Source: Candidatus Saccharimonadota bacterium (GTDB lineage: Bacteria > Patescibacteriota > Gracilibacteria > BD1-5 > UBA6164). Taken from it: a DNA stretch of 32,000 nucleotides. Shown here piece by piece: positions 11,525 through 24,457 of the stretch. The DNA is taken from contig OY782392.1 in the NCBI GenBank assembly GCA_963677765.1, positions 600,001-632,000 on the forward strand, read 5' to 3'. The position numbers and the translations under genes are program-made. The number at the start of each line of letters is the position of its first letter. Positions within the stretch are counted from its first letter, which is position 1. The notes below the pieces were generated by a model, which was not told where the DNA came from, searched no databases, and worked only from the letters and a program-made list of their open reading frames with translations.

Positions 11525-11893
11525 ATGGCAAGAATTGCTTGAATAAATTTACCTAAGGGTAAACATGTTGAAATTGCACTAACTTATATTTATGGTATAG
11601 GTAGAACTGCTGCAAATGAAATCTTAACTAAAGTTGGGATTGATAAAACAACAAAAATAGAAACTATTTCTGAAGAAGATTTAGATAAAATCAGAGAAGA
11701 AATAAAAGCTAGTTATGTTGTTGAAGGTGATCTTAGAAGATTAATTGCTGGTAATATAAAAAGATTACAAGAAATTAATTGTTACAGAGGTCAAAGACAT
11801 AGAAAAAGACTTCCAGTTAGAGGTCAAAACACTAAAACTAATGCTAGAACTAGAAAAGGTAAGGCTACAGCTATTGCTGGTAAAAAGAAATAA
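11525..11893 (+). CDS. rpsM: 30S ribosomal protein S13
   Basis: [28 protein letters not shown]...[27 protein letters not shown]. Confidence 0.95.
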
Positions 11894-11935
11894 TATTTCT
11901 AATTTAGTATAACATTTAAAAACTTATTTTATATT

Positions 11936-12328
11936 ATGGCTAAAACTATTGCAAAAAAAAGTAAAAAAACTAGACAAATAATACCACATGGTCAAGCTCA
12001 TATTAACGCTACATTTAATAATACTATAGTTAGTATTACTGATGAAAAAGGTAATGTGTTAACTTGGTCTTCAGGTTGAGCTGCTGGTTTTAAAGGTGCT
12101 AGAGAATCTACTCCTTATGCTGCTCAAGTAGTAGCAGAAGAAGCTGCTTCAAAAGCTAAAACTCTTCATTCATTAGAAACTGTAGAAGTTTTTGTAAAAT
12201 GAATAGGTATTGGTAGAGAACAAGCTATTAGAGGTTTAATATCTGCAGGAATTGATTTAACTGCTATTTATGATATTACTCCAGTTCCACACAATGGATG
12301 TAGAAAGAAAAAAGTAAGAAAATTATAA
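11936..12328 (+). CDS. rpsK: 30S ribosomal protein S11
   Basis: ...[45 protein letters not shown]...[15 protein letters not shown]. Confidence 0.95.
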
Positions 12329-12382
12329 TTTTTATAAACTTACTAAAACAATTTTTTTAAATTTTAAATTTTAAATTTAATT

Positions 12383-13006
12383 ATGAGGTATACTTGACCA
12401 AAGAAAAAACTTTGTAGAAGAGAAGGTGTAAATCTATTTGGTACTGAAAAATACGATTTAACTGACTCAAAAAGAGCTCCTCTTAGAAGTAGAAAAACTA
12501 GTGAGTTTGGTACACAACTAAGAAAAAAACAATTAGCAAAAAGAATGTTTGGTTTATCTGAAAAACAATTTCTTTCTTATTTTAAAAAAGCTCAAAAATC
12601 TACTGCTGAAGGTACAACTTGAGAAAAAATGTTACAATTATTAGAATTAAGAATTGATAACGTTGTTTACAGAGCTAACTTTGCTAGAACAAGAATTCAA
12701 TCTAGACAATTTGTTAGTCATGCACATTTTACTTTAAACGGAGTTAAAATTGATGTTCCATCAATCTCAGTAAAAGTATGAGACGTGATTGCATTAAGAG
12801 ATAAATTAAAAGAATCTCCATTATATAAATCATTATTAGAAGAATTAGAAGAATTTTCTAAAGCTAATAAATGAAAAGTATCTGCTTGTAAATGGATAGA
12901 TGTTGATTCTAAAAAATTAACTATAACAATAAAAGCATTACCTACTAAAGAAGATTTCGAACAAATAATTGATATCCAAAAAATAGTAGAATTTTACTCA
13001 AAATAA
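12383..13006 (+). CDS. rpsD: 30S ribosomal protein S4
   Basis: MRYTGPKKKLCRREGVNLFG...LELRIDNVVYRANFARTRIQSRQFVSHAHFTLNG (S4 domain). Confidence 0.95.
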
Positions 13007-13043
13007 TAGTTAATTTATGTTATTTTTGTAATCAATTTAAAAT

Positions 13044-14024
13044 ATGCACATCATTCACAATACAATAGGGGTTCCTAAAATTATTCAAAAAGATTTAGAA
13101 AATAATACTTCATCTTTTACAGTATGACCTCTACCAAAGGGTTATGGTGTAACATTAGGGAATTCATTAAGAAGAATACTTTTGTCTTCTATTCCATGAA
13201 CAAAAGTGACTTGAATAAAAGTTAAATGAGTTAGTCATGAATACTCTACTCTTCCATGAGTTAAAGATTCTGTTTTAGATATAATTCTTAATATAAAAGG
13301 ATTAGTATTATCAAAATCAGAAGTATGAGTTGAATGGTTAAAACTACATAAAACTAAATCTTGAAAAGTTGTTGCTTGAGATATTGAAACTGTTGCATGA
13401 GTAGAAATACTTAATAAAGATCATTATATAACAGAAATTGATCAAGACGGTTTAGAATTAGATATAGAAATAAGAGTTGAAAAAGGAGTTTGATATATGA
13501 CTCAAGAAGATTTAAAAGAAAGAGAAGATGATGTTGAAGTTTTATTAGTAGATACTAATTTTTCTCCAGTATTAAATGTAAAATATAGTATAGAGAAAGC
13601 TAGATTTGGTGAAATAATCGATTTAGATTCTTTAGAAATATCTATTACTACTGATGGTTCAATTAGTTCTTCTGATGCATTAAAATTTTCATGAAATATG
13701 TTAAATTCTTATTTTTCAATATTTAATGAAGAATCTCTACAAGTAGAATGACAATTTATATCTGATGTTAAGGATTTAATATCTAGAGAAAAAGAAGAAG
13801 TTCAAGAAGAGTTAGAAAAGGAAACTTACACTCCTATTGAAATTATGTGATTATCTCCAAGAACATTAAATGCTTTAATAAACTGAGATATACTTTCAAT
13901 CGAAAAATTAACAAAATGTACAGAAACAAAACTTTCTTCTATCAAATGATTTGGTAAGAAAGCAATGACAGAAATTAGAGAAGCTCTTGCAGAAAGAGGT
14001 CTTAAATTATTAGGTGATGACTAA
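13044..14024 (+). CDS. rpoA: DNA-directed RNA polymerase alpha subunit
   Basis: 326 aa. GYGVTLGNSLRRILLSSIPG, SPV.NV.Y, and C-terminal LSPRTLNALINGDILSIEKL...GFGKKAMTEIREAL (alpha-CTD). Confidence 0.95.
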
Positions 14025-14053
14025 TATATCTAATTATTAATAATTAAAAAACA

Positions 14054-14416
14054 ATGAGACATAGAGTTAGAAAAAATTTAAAGTTCAACAATAAAAGTTT
14101 TTCTCATAGAGATGCTATGCAAAGAAACTTATTGACATCTTTTTTCTTGCACAAATCTATTAAAACTACTGATAAAAAAGTTAAATTAATAGTTCCAATG
14201 ATTGATAAATTAATCAACGTTGCAAATACTAAAGATGAAATGAACGCAATAAGATATGCTATGAAATATCTATATACAAAAGAAGCATCATTAGAATTAT
14301 TTAAAAATGTTGCTCCTAAATACAAAGGAAACAAGACATCTGGTTTTACTAGAGCTACTGCTATCAAATTTAGAGATGGTGATAATGCTAAAATAGTTAA
14401 ATTAGAATTAGTTTAA
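14054..14416 (+). CDS. rplQ: 50S ribosomal protein L17
   Basis: MRHRVRKNLKFNNKSFSHRDAMQRNL... One of the few genes with no TGA codon, so it is intact in the ORF track. Confidence 0.95.
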   Translation: MRHRVRKNLKFNNKSFSHRDAMQRNLLTSFFLHKSIKTTDKKVKLIVPMIDKLINVANTKDEMNAIRYAMKYLYTKEASLELFKNVAPKYKGNKTSGFTRATAIKFRDGDNAKIVKLELV

Positions 14417-14438
14417 TATTTACTTAAGTTAATTAGAC

Positions 14439-14867
14439 ATGAAAACAATTACTCCAACACAATTAAAAGGTGATCAAAGAAACTGGTATGTAATTGATGC
14501 TAAAGGTGAAACTTTAGGTAGATTAGCAACTAAAATTGCTGTTATCCTAAAAGGTAAAAACAAAGCATCTTTTGCTCCTCACTTAGATAATGGAGATTAC
14601 GTTATAGTAACTAACTGTGATAAATTTAAAGTAACTTGAAAAAAGTTAACTGATAAAATGTATTACAGACATACTGGTTACTTAGGTGGTCTTAAAGAAA
14701 TTTCTTTAGAAGATTTATTGGCTAAAAAACCAGTTAAAGCATTAGAATTTGCTGTTTCTGGAATGTTACCAAAAAATAAATTAAGAGCATGAATGTTATC
14801 TAGATTAAAATTATTTACTTGAGATGAACATACTTTTGTTGCTCAAAAACCTGAACTTATAAAATAA
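14439..14867 (+). CDS. rplM: 50S ribosomal protein L13
   Basis: ...[40 protein letters not shown]...[13 protein letters not shown]. Confidence 0.95.
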
Positions 14868-14879
14868 TAACAATTATTT

Positions 14880-15272
14880 ATGGCAAATAAATATACTTAT
14901 AATATTTGAAAAAGAAAAACTGCTTCTGCTCAAGTTAAACTATTTGAGTGAAAAGGTAAAGATACTATAAATGGGAAACCAGCTTCTGAATATATCAATA
15001 GAACTGATTTATTTGATGTTGTTTATTCTCCATTAAAAACTTGTAAAGTAAAAGATAATTATTACTTTGAAGTTGCAATTTCTGGTTCTGGTATATCTGC
15101 TCAAGCTGAAGCTATAAGACTTGGTTTATCAAGAAGTTTAGCTTCAACTGATGAAGGATTTAAAAAATTATTAAAAGCTGCTGGTTTCTTAACTAGAGAC
15201 TCAAGAAAAGTTGAAAGAAAAAAACCAGGGAAACACAAAGCCAGAAAATCATTACAATGGTCAAAAAGATAA
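14880..15272 (+). CDS. rpsI: 30S ribosomal protein S9
   Basis: ...GKRKTASAQVKLFEG.G...GGGISAQAEAIRLG-like core (SGSGISAQAEAIRLGLSR)...LTRDSRKVERKKPGKHKARKSLQWSKR. Confidence 0.95.
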
Positions 15273-15289
15273 TTCTTTTTATCTCGTCA

Positions 15290-15340
15290 TTATCTGTTTC
15301 AAACAGGTAATACTTATTATTATCCATTTGAAATGGATAA
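15290..15340 (+). promoter_or_regulatory. Two tandem, related 21-nt palindromes/hairpins in the rpsI-rpsL spacer
   Basis: TTATCTGTTTCAAACAGGTAA (15290-15310) and TTATCCATTTGAAATGGATAA (15320-15340). Shared TTATC...TTT.AAA...(G/A)TAA architecture, centres 30 bp apart, no trailing T-run. Confidence 0.35.
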
Positions 15341-15380
15341 TGACAAAAAGATTATATTTAATTTATAAATATTTGTAGAA

Positions 15381-15800
15381 ATGCCTACTATAAATCAATT
15401 AATTAAAAAAAGAAGAAAAACTCCTGCAGTTAAGAGTAAATCACCTGCTTTACAAGTGATAAAAAATTCTCTTAAAAAAACTACTGTTGAGTTAGATGGA
15501 TGATGTCCAATGAAAAGAGGAGTTTGTACTAAAGTTACAACAATGACTCCTAAAAAACCTAACTCTGCCTTAAGAAAAGTTGCTAGAGTTAGATTAACAA
15601 ATGGTTATGAAGTTAACGCTTATATAGGTGGTGAAGGTCATAACTTACAAGAACACTCTGTTGTTGCTATTAGAGGTGGTAGAGTAAAAGACTTACCATG
15701 AGTAAGATACCACGTTGTTAGATGAGTATTAGACTGTGAAGGTGTTCAAAATAGAAAACAAGGTAGATCTCTTTATGGTACAAAAAGACCAAAAGCGTAG
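15381..15800 (+). CDS. rpsL: 30S ribosomal protein S12
   Basis: [13 protein letters not shown]...[69 protein letters not shown] (Gly of DLPGVRY = TGA 15699-15701). TAG stop. Confidence 0.95.
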
Positions 15801-15898
15801 TCTATTATCACTAAAATAAATGAGATGGAGTAAGTTTAACAATTGCTGAAAACCCATCTTGTTTATATATATTTTATAATTGTTAAAATACAAAAAAC

Positions 15899-16333
15899 AT
15901 GAGACCAAATCAAAAAATGTCAATGTTAGAAAAATTTACTAACTATGTAATGCTTGACGGTAAAAAAAGTGTTGCTATTAAAATTATGAATGATACTTTT
16001 GAAGAAATAAAAGAAAAAGGACAAAAAAATCCTAAAGCTATTTTTGATAAAGCTATTGAAAATATAATTCCAAAAATTGAAGTTAGACCTAAAAGAGTAT
16101 GAGGTTCAATATACCAAGTACCTCAAGAAGTTAAACCAAAAAGACAATTATTTTTGGCTTCAAAATGGATTATAGATTCAGCTAGAAGTAAAAAAGGTGC
16201 TTCATTTGCTAAATTTTTAGCTAATGAATTAATAGAAGCAGCTAATGAAACTGGTAATGCATATAAGAAAAAATTAGAAGTTTATAAAATGGCTGAAGCT
16301 AATAAAGCTTTTGCTAGATTTGCAAACAGATAA
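15899..16333 (+). CDS. rpsG: 30S ribosomal protein S7 (short N-terminus)
   Basis: 144 aa. ...KFTNYVMLDGKKSVA...EVRPKRVGGSIYQVPQEV...ANKAFARFANR. An in-frame TAA at 15884-15886 precludes a longer N-terminus. Confidence 0.9.
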
Positions 16334-16381
16334 TCTTATTATTAAAAAACTAAAATTTATTTAATTCATAATTTATAAAAG

Positions 16382-16654
16382 ATGGCTCACAAGAAAGCAC
16401 AATGATCTACTAGTAATGGTAGAGATAGTAACGCCAAAAGATTGGGTGTTAAATTATTTGGTGGACAAAAAGCTGTATCAGGAAATATTATTCTTAGACA
16501 AAAAGGTAATAAATATTGGCCAGCTGAATGAGTTTCACAAGGTAAAGATTTTACATTATTTGCTACTACTGAAGGTATAGTAACTTTTTCTGAAAAGAAA
16601 AGAAGAAGATACGATGGTAGAGTTTATAAAGATATTTACGTATCTGTTGTATAA
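16382..16654 (+). CDS. rpmA: 50S ribosomal protein L27
   Basis: [29 protein letters not shown]...[25 protein letters not shown]. 90 aa. Confidence 0.95.
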
Positions 16655-16662
16655 TCATAAAT

Positions 16663-16696
16663 AAAAAAAGACAAGAATTTATTTCTTGTCTTTTTT
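16663..16696. terminator. Bidirectional rho-independent terminator (rpmA / convergent nucleotidyltransferase gene)
   Basis: A7, GACAAGAA, 5-nt loop, TTCTTGTC, T6. The minus-strand gene's stop codon (16695-16697) sits in the T-run. Confidence 0.75.
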
Positions 16697-17873
16697 ATTT
16701 AATAATTTCTCATGGATTGGTATAAGAATCATTTTGAATTATTCTTCAAGGCATAGAATATGATTTTATTCAAGTTTTTACATTATCTCAAATAATTACT
16801 CATAGTTTATATAATCATGAATCAACTAAATTTCATTTTACCATTACTTTTATGTTAGACTTATCATGTCTTAGGTTTGCACTTATAAATCATCATCATA
16901 TATTAACATTGTTTCATATAATAGAATCTCATATATAACTTAGGTGAGCTATATTTGTATTATCTCATATACTAGAATTTTTCACTTCTACTGCATTTCA
17001 TATTTTACAGGCATCTCATATAACAGTTTCTCATCTTATATATGTATTAGGTCATATAATTGAATTTTTTCATACATATAAATTTCATTCTATGTATGTT
17101 CATGATTTTATTATTGCTCATTCTTCTAATATAATATTTCATTTTATCATTACACCTTCTTCTATAATTCATTTTATTTTATCTTTTTTTATGTTTGATA
17201 GGAAATATTTATTAGCACTTAATATATCCCAAGGGTATCAAACATCAATAAATTCTTTTTTTATTGTTATTGCTTTTAAAGGATGATATTTTACATATTG
17301 ATTTATTGCATCAGTTATTTCATATTCTCATCTGCTAGATTTTTCAATATTGTTTGCTAAATCAATTATTTTAGAATTAAATTTATAAACTCATAAGTTA
17401 GCAAGATTTCAAACATATTCACTAGGTTTTTCTATAATTTCTCTAACATTATTGTCAGAATCTACTTTGAATATTCAGTATTTTTCTGGATTTGTTACCT
17501 CTTTTACTAATACTCAATATCAATTAAATTCTATTATTTTTTCTAAATCTTTTTTATGAAATATAGAGTCTCAATTTAATAATAATATATCAAAATCTTT
17601 TTCTAATCATTTTATAGCAGCTCATGTTCATTTTTCTTCTCATTGAGTTATATAGTTAATTTTTATTCACTTATAACTATCTCATATTTCTTTTATTATT
17701 TCCTCTTTTTTATATTTAACAATAATTGTTATTTCAACAACATGTTTATATATATTTTCAATATTGTGTTTTAAAATAGATTTTCAAAATATTTTTATTA
17801 AAGGCTTAGGTTTAGTATTTGTAAATGGTCTAAGTCTACTTCATTCTCATGCTGCAAGAATAACTGCTTTCAT
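16695..17873 (-). CDS. Sugar-phosphate nucleotidyltransferase with a C-terminal left-handed beta-helix (GlmU-like/archaeal-type bifunctional)
   Basis: 392-aa table-25 ORF (checked). [28 protein letters not shown] (NTP-transferase G-loop), then hexapeptide repeats (IGPNTYIRGETVIGDACKIGNAVEVKNSSIGDNTNIAHLSYIGDSIIGNNVNIG). Confidence 0.8.
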
Positions 17874-17962
17874 AATTTATAGATTTTAGTTAAATTAATA
17901 AATCTATATTATTTTTTATTTTTTTTTTGTAAAGTTTCCTTTTAAAAAAAGCCAACTTTTGC

Positions 17963-17990
17963 TTGATTTAATCAAAAAAACAAGTATATT
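17963..17990 (+). promoter_or_regulatory. Candidate gyrA promoter
   Basis: TTGATT (17963-17968), 16 nt, TATATT (17985-17990), about 38 nt upstream of the ATG. Such matches are common in AT-rich DNA. Confidence 0.3.
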
Positions 17991-18028
17991 TAAAGCATAT
18001 ATTTTATTCATTTTTAAGCTACTAAAAT

Positions 18029-20566
<2,538 letters not shown>

Positions 20567-20570
20567 AATA

Positions 20571-20596
20571 AAAAAAACACCTTAAGGTGTTTTTTT
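20571..20596. terminator. Bidirectional terminator between gyrA and the convergent 1125-aa ORF
   Basis: AAAAAAACACC-TTAA-GGTGTTTTTTT. The minus-strand ORF's stop codon (20595-20597) overlaps the T-run. Confidence 0.7.
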
Positions 20597-23500
20597 ATTT
20601 TATAGAGTTTTCAAATTCAGTATTTAATAGTTCCATTACACTTCATCTAGGATAATATTTTTCAATAAACATATTTTCTAGATAAGTTTCTCAGTATATA
20701 AAATCTCTCTCTTGTTCTCAAGATACTTGAGTTTTATTTATATCTAAAACTTCTCATTTAAAGTTTTTTATATTTAGTACTGTAGGTATTTCATCAATTC
20801 AAAGAGATTTTAAGATTTTATTTATAAATATCTTTGTTTCATTTTCATTTAAATAATCTCAATCAACATTGAATCAAATTCATTCTACATTTGATATACT
20901 ATTAAATATTTGATCTTTTATTTTCCATAGTTTAGATAATCAAATATCATTTAATAAATTATAAAAATCAACTATATTATCAATTGCTTCAGGATTAGAT
21001 TCAACTATTTGTTTTTCTATAATATTAAGTTCAATTTTATTACCATTATTTTCAATTACTCATGTTTCAGGGTTATATCATTTAGTTTCAATAGTTTGAT
21101 TATATATTTCAGTATTATTATAGTTATTATTTGTTGAGTTATCTAATTTTTCTTTTTCCTCAATTATTCTTACTTCTTCTTCTATATTAATTCATTTTTC
21201 TATTACTAAATAGTCCCTAAAACTAATATCACTTCTGTTAGAAGAATAATAATCAATAATTAAATCTGTTTTTTCATTTGCATACTTTGTTTCTGTTTGC
21301 AAAGTATAAGTTTCAAATAATTTTAATATATTTTCTTTTTCTTCAGGAACTAGATTATAGAAGTATTTATCTAAAATTTGATTTTTTATTTCTGTTATTT
21401 CTTCATGACTTTTTCATTGTATAAGCTGATTAAATATTTTATTTAATTCCTCAGAGTTAATATATTCTTTAATTTCTCAATTTTCGTTTTCTTTTTTAAT
21501 AATAAGTAGTTCTCTATATTCCTCTTTTATTATGGAAGAAAGGTCACTTTTAGATATGTCTTCTTTCAGTTCTTCTTCTTGTTGCTCTAATTTTTCGTTA
21601 AATGATTCAGTTACTATTTTCAATATTTCTCCTATTTTTTGTTTTTTTTCTTCATTGTCTAGTCATTCATATTTTAACTCAGTAGTTATCGTTAAATATA
21701 TCGTATTCATTTTCTCACTATTTATTTCTCAATCTGATAATACATTATCAATAGTTTCATTTAGAGTATCAGAATCACTTTTATCTAAATTACTTGATGA
21801 TAAAAGTTCTTTTAATTTATCCTTATAATCTAATACTTTATTTTTGTCTATATCTTTATTATTTTTATATTCATCTGCTTTATCTCTTATTTGATTATGC
21901 TCATTTTTATAGTAAATTGCATATTGGTTTTCTGATACAAAATTTATAAGTTCATCATATGTATCTTTATATTCATCTTCTATATTTCAATTTATTCATT
22001 TTTCTATATTTCATATTATTAAAGCTATAGCTTTATCATTAAATAGTTTTTCTTTTACATTTAAAGGCATTTCTTTTATTCATCATTCCCATATAGAGTT
22101 TTCATTACTAAACTTTATAACTTGTAGAAATCTATTTATATCATCAGTATTTATAACTGAAAAATAAGCTTGTATATTTTTCATGTAAGTTTCTTTATCA
22201 AAAACACTTTTTTGATTATTTCCATCTACAGAATTTTTTTGTCATAGACTTTTTAGAAAAGTATCAATTATATCCTTATCTCATCTCATTTCTTTTGGTA
22301 GTATATAAAAGAAACCAAAATTATATTCTATTAATGTCTTGTTTAATTTTATATTATTTGTTGGGGTTGTTATAAATGCTGCTCATTCTCATAAGTATCA
22401 TAATCATATAAATTTTGTCATATAATATTGTGCATAACTATTGTCTATATTTTGTATTATATAACTTGTTATAGTTTTTAAATCTTCCTGATCTATAGTT
22501 TTTATTACTTCATGTTCTCATATTCATGATAAATAGTTATACTTTGATAATATAGATTTAAAATTATTTTTATCTATTTGTAAATATTCTCAAATATAAT
22601 TTTTTACATATTCAGAATGTACTGTTATATTAAAATCTTTTATTACTCTTGCTAATTCATTACTATCTACTCATAAATATACTGACCTTGTTAACAACTC
22701 ATTTAGCATTCATTCTCCACTATTTTTTCTATATTTTCTTATTATTACTCATAAGTTATCTTCTAGTATATTTTTTGGTATTTCTTGTAATCACCAGTAT
22801 CACAAATCAATATTTTCATGCCTTATTATATTTAGATTTCATTTTAAAACAGGATTTATATCTTTTATTTCCAAAGTTTTACTTTTTTCTTCAAATATTT
22901 TTAATACAGATAATAATTTTTCTTCATTATTAATTAATATTATTAAATCTTGGTTTTTATATAAATATTCAGCATCTTTTTTATTTATTTCTTCTATATA
23001 TTCTTGATTTTTTGCTCTTAAATTTGATATAGGCTCGATTTGTGAGTGTATTTTTTCTAATTCTTCTCATACTCAAGAGTTATTTAATATTTCTTTAGCA
23101 ATAGAATTAGTATTAGATGACCATATTTTATATAAATCATCAATTTTTTTTATACTCATTTTTTGCCTAAGAGTATCAATATTAAGAGTGTTTTTATTCT
23201 CTAAATATAAAAAATAATTTGCTAAAGCTCTTGAGTTTACAACATTAGGATTATTATTATCTCAAATTATTTCTGTATTTGGTCTTGATAAAAATTCTTC
23301 AAAATCACTAATTTTCATAAGGTAATTTGAACTTTCATTGCTATATCATTTTATAAATAAATCATTGAATCATTGTTCTCATCATATTATGTGATTTATA
23401 TATCTATCTTGTAGAGTATTATGTATATTATTTATATCAGCTAATACGTTTGTTTCTTTTTTAACATAAGATAATAAAAGGTATGTCCAACTATTTTTTT

Positions 23501-23972
23501 CTCATCATTTTTCTAATCTTTGAGCTTCTTCTTTTATATATTTTTGTAAAAAGCTATTATTTACTTTATTTCAATCTAAATTAAATTCTTCAATTATTGA
23601 TTCTTTTGAATTATTTTCATTAAAATAATTTAATGCTATTAAATCAGCTCTATAACCTAAATCTACTCACTCTTTAGGGATTTCATCTATAAAATTTTTA
23701 GATTTTACTTCTTTTACAGTCTTCAATAATTCTTCTATAAATTTTGTTTGAGATTCTATTTCATCAATTTTTCCCATAACTTCTTCCATAATTTCTGACT
23801 CTATATTCTGAATAGTTTTAGAATCTCAATCTAAATCTGCAAAACTATAATCCATAAATCATAACTCTTCATCATTTTTTATTAATGATAAAAGTTTTTC
23901 TACTTCTTCAATTTTTATTTCTTTTAATTGTTCTGTTGATATATTTTCTAATATATTTTGATTTTCAGTCAT
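20595..23972 (-). CDS. Giant hypothetical cytoplasmic protein (1125 aa), no recognisable domain
   Basis: I read the reverse frame codon by codon from ATG (23972) to TAA (20597-20595). It has no TAA/TAG and 49 in-frame TGA (hand count). No signal peptide, TM segment or Walker A motif seen. K/E/N/I/D-rich, apparently helical. Confidence 0.8.
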
Positions 23973-23982
23973 TTTGTTATTT

Positions 23983-24303
23983 TTAAAAATCTAAAAGTTG
24001 TTCTATTTCTTTTTTTTCTTTTTCTTGTTCTTTTTCTTCTTCCTGTAATTTTTCTTTAGTTTTTGCTTTTATTTTTATATGTTTTATTTCTTCTATTATT
24101 GATATGTATTCTTTATATTTTTTATCTAATAGTTCATATATTGGCTTTAGATCTCAGCTTTCCAAAAAATCAAGAAGTTTCTTTAGTTCATTATTAGAAA
24201 ATAATCAAATATTATTTTCTAATAAAAATTCTAACTTCTTGTTTTTTGTAAAGCTAACTATTTCAGAAATTCTTTTTATTGTTTTTTCTCTATATAAACA
24301 CAT
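23983..24303 (-). CDS. Small hypothetical protein (106 aa) with a charged coiled-coil C-terminus, immediately upstream of the 1125-aa ORF
   Basis: ATG 24303 is the first start after an in-frame stop at 24334-24336, and the stop is TAA 23985-23983. Sequence: MCLYREKTIKRISEIV...KEKLQEEEKEQEKEKKEIEQLLDF. A 10-nt gap to the next ATG suggests co-transcription. Confidence 0.5.
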
Positions 24304-24457
24304 ATTTAAATATATTAAGAACTTTTTTATATTTTATCATAGTTTTTTAAATAAATCAAAAATTTAAACTAGGTAAATTAGCTAAAAAAGTTGTTTTTTT
24401 TTATCTTTTTATTAAAATTTGTAATAATTTACTTTTAAATTTTGTAAAAAAATAATT

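Noticed and set aside
14104-14367. 87-aa minus-strand ORF.
   Set aside because: It lies fully inside rplQ (L17) on the opposite strand, and L17 is unambiguous.
15821-15887. Pseudoknot call in the rpsL-rpsG spacer as a firm ncRNA feature.
   Set aside because: The stems are short and almost entirely A/U. By rough estimate, complementarities of this length are expected by chance in a 100-nt AT-rich spacer. I kept it only as a low-interest note pending covariation evidence.
15729-15923. 64-aa minus-strand ORF spanning the rpsL end and the rpsG start.
   Set aside because: It overlaps two conserved ribosomal protein genes in antisense and has no recognisable features.
17092-17286. 64-aa plus-strand ORF.
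   Set aside because: It is antisense to the GlmU-like nucleotidyltransferase gene, whose hexapeptide-repeat region covers this interval.
21532-22933. Plus-strand ORFs (98 aa and 94 aa) and the plus ORF at 24104-24367.
   Set aside because: They are antisense to the 1125-aa and 106-aa minus-strand genes. They are low-complexity S/F/L/I-rich, and the minus frame is uninterrupted.
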